Below, piece by piece: positions 15,202 to 15,206 of a stretch of DNA of 15,206 bases (position 1 is the first letter of the stretch; each line of letters opens with the position of its first letter). The notes beneath the pieces are model-generated. The model worked only from the letters and a program-made list of their open reading frames with translations. It made no database searches and was not told where the DNA came from. Source of the DNA: a bacterium (lineage in GTDB: Bacteria; Zhuqueibacterota; Zhuqueibacteria; Oceanimicrobiales; Oceanimicrobiaceae); the NCBI GenBank assembly GCA_046757025.1, contig JBHHXN010000126.1:1-15206 (forward strand), given 5' to 3'. The position numbers and the translations under genes were made by a program.

Positions 15202-15206
15202 ATTCC

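Noticed and set aside
14797..15206. Pho box upstream of the phytase
   Set aside because: I found no convincing 11-bp-spaced CTGTCAT-like or TTHACA-like direct repeats, only isolated AT-rich partial matches.

Overview
This window holds nine protein-coding genes, all on the minus strand, separated by AT-rich intergenic DNA containing repeats. The source is probably a non-Bacteroidota FCB-group bacterium (KSB1/Calditrichota/Ignavibacteria-like). That inference rests on an NYPNPFN/FlgD-type sorting tail, Gln at +1 after signal peptides, and classical Shine-Dalgarno and sigma70 signals. The main block (14796->5090) looks like one operon, with a near-perfect sigma54 promoter upstream and an intrinsic terminator downstream. 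It encodes exported proteins: a beta-propeller phytase, two paralogous alginate-lyase-like proteins (one a lipoprotein), a TPR protein and three purple-acid-phosphatase-like metallophosphoesterases. Five of these proteins, from three unrelated enzyme families, end in the same 17-18 aa tail, D-x-x-[PL]-P-x-[AP]-P-x-N-V-R-[VI]-x3-4-[DE]-stop. The tail resembles an isolated first beta-strand of a fibronectin type III domain. It is a candidate undescribed C-terminal sorting or docking (donor-strand) tag for a surface organophosphate-scavenging assembly. Downstream lie a 14-blade YCF48-like double beta-propeller with a conventional T9SS-type C-terminal domain and a separately promoted, exported amidohydrolase. 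All assignments come from motif recognition by eye; no searches were run.
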